From a virus, in the IMG/VR virus record IMGVR_UViG_3300050500_000285: a DNA stretch of 48,092 nt; one strand, given 5' to 3'. Of the stretch, positions 46,951 through 48,092 are shown piece after piece (within the stretch, counting starts at the first letter, position 1; each line of letters opens with the position of its first letter). A model generated the notes under the pieces. It saw only the letters and a program-made list of their open reading frames with translations. It did not search any database and was not told the origin of the DNA. Both the position numbers and the translations under genes were made by a program.

Positions 46951-48092
46951 GTGCCGTCCGAGCCGATCGACTTCACGCCGAACCAGGCCCAGGGCTTCGA
47001 CGAGCTCGGCGGCGCCATGCCACAGGCGCTCAACGTGACCGTGGATGGCGTGGGAGTGGTCCGGCGTCGCCCTGGCATCCAGGCGTATGCGAGCGCGCCG
47101 GCCGGTGTCATCGACGCGAACGGGCTCACGTCGGTATACGAGTCGACCAACGGCATGCTGTTCGTGACCGGCGGCGGCCTGCTGCGCAACGTGTACCAGA
47201 TCGTAGCCGGAACGGCGTACAATCGCAGCTCTGGCACGAATCAGCAGTTGACCGGCACGGAGCGGCCCGTGGTCGCAGAAACCGACGCGATGATTGTGTA
47301 CGCGGACGGCGGCGTGCCGGTGCGCGTGCTGCTGTCGTCTCCCAATGCGCAGCTGCTAGGCGGTAGCCCGCCTTCCGGCTCTCACGTCGCGGCGATGAAT
47401 GCGCGCATCTTGCTGAACGATGGCGCCAACCCGTCGCACGTGCGCGCCTCCGGCGTGCAGCTCGGCACGTTGGACATCACGGGGCACGAGACATGGACCA
47501 TTCCGCCGGGCGGCCTGATTCAGGCGGAGGCGAGGCCTGACGCGGTGGTGGCGCTGACCGAGAATGCGGGCGAGCTCTACGTGTTCGGCTCGAGGAGCCT
47601 GCAGGCGTTCTTGCCGGACGAAGCCAGCATCTTTGCGCCGGTCGTGACGCTCGACACCGGGGCGTCTGCGCGAGCGAGCATCATCAAGCAAAGCCAGCTG
47701 CAGGTGATGGCGTGGCTCGACCAAGAGCGCCGCTTCGTGCTGGGCGACGCGCGCGGCGTGCGGGCGCTCTCTCAGCCCATCCAGCGCGAGCTGCACGAGA
47801 CCGGCGTCGTGAGCGACTGCTACGGCTACCGTGTCTCGCTGGGACACCTGGACGCGTTCGTGTGGACGCTGCCCACGGACGGGCGGACCTGGGTGTACGC
47901 AGGCGGCTGGTCGCAGTGGTGCCAGCACGTCAGCGGGGCGGTGACGGCTTTCCCCGTCCTGAGCCACTTCCGGCGCACGGGCGGGGGCGCGGAGAACCTG
48001 GTCGGGCTGACCAGCGGCCGGCTTTGCAAATTGCAGCTGGGCGTCGGCGATGACCTCGGGGTGCCCATCACGGCGGCCGTGACGACGGGGTT
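46951..48092 (+). CDS. Tail/nozzle-like virion structural protein, 5' part. The frame runs off the window end and continues at 128..425 (~479 aa joined).
   Basis: GTG at 46951 lies 4 nt after the tailspike stop. The frame stays open to nt 48092 and is in phase with ORF 66..425 through the overlap (48031 corresponds to 66). It follows the adaptor and tailspike genes. It contains short strand-like segments (LFVTGGG, IVYADGG, LYVFGSRS). The function is inferred from position only. Confidence 0.6.
   Translation, partial: MPSEPIDFTPNQAQGFDELGGAMPQALNVTVDGVGVVRRRPGIQAYASAPAGVIDANGLTSVYESTNGMLFVTGGGLLRNVYQIVAGTAYNRSSGTNQQLTGTERPVVAETDAMIVYADGGVPVRVLLSSPNAQLLGGSPPSGSHVAAMNARILLNDGANPSHVRASGVQLGTLDITGHETWTIPPGGLIQAEARPDAVVALTENAGELYVFGSRSLQAFLPDEASIFAPVVTLDTGASARASIIKQSQLQVMAWLDQERRFVLGDARGVRALSQPIQRELHETGVVSDCYGYRVSLGHLDAFVWTLPTDGRTWVYAGGWSQWCQHVSGAVTAFPVLSHFRRTGGGAENLVGLTSGRLCKLQLGVGDDLGVPITAAVTTG
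47966..48092. repeat. Terminal direct repeat, copy 2 (identical to 1..127)
   Basis: Exact 127/127 match to the window start. It implies a closed or permuted genome of 47,965 bp. Confidence 0.97.

Overview
The window appears to be a complete, visibly GC-rich dsDNA tailed-phage genome. The last 127 nt (47966..48092) repeat the first 127 nt exactly, so the unit length is 47,965 bp. The junction lies in frame inside a tail gene, which fits a closed or circularly permuted assembly better than a biological terminal repeat. Genes are tightly packed and mostly translationally coupled through ATGA, GTGA or TAATG overlaps.

There are two transcription blocks. (1) A rightward late block runs from 30481 through the window end to 12752. 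In order it holds small regulators, a TIGR02594/CHAP-type endolysin, a ~330-nt non-coding terminator-capped segment, a RusA-like resolvase, an AT-richer palindrome island, large terminase, portal, a GroES-like protein, scaffold, a decoration-like protein, HK97-type major capsid, a beta-helix protein, adaptor, a pectate-lyase-type tailspike, a nozzle-like protein, three large internal-virion-type proteins, and LamG-type and other tail accessory proteins, with a lipoprotein and a holin-like protein among them. (2) A leftward early block runs from 30406 to 12749. It is interrupted by one small rightward gene (29544..29666) and by an 835-bp gene-free, palindrome-dense segment (22891..23725). It encodes many small Zn-finger, coiled-coil and acidic proteins, a GT1-family glycosyltransferase, an RHH protein followed by micro-ORFs, a SLOG/DUF2493-like protein, DUF932, a Cas4/RecB-type nuclease, an ERF annealase, a ParB-like protein, DUF2786, an SF2 DEAH helicase and a Ref/DUF968-like HNH protein.

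I recognised no tape measure, tail tube or sheath, which suggests a podovirus-like architecture. I also recognised no DNA polymerase, primase, integrase, tRNA or CRISPR array. All functional calls rest on motifs read by eye and on gene order. No database search was possible, and the host is unknown.

The items I would look at first are:
- the structured non-coding segment at 32092..32445;
- the 835-bp palindrome- and G-tract-rich gap;
- the triple palindrome island upstream of the packaging genes;
- the early glycosyltransferase and the RHH/micro-peptide chain next to it.
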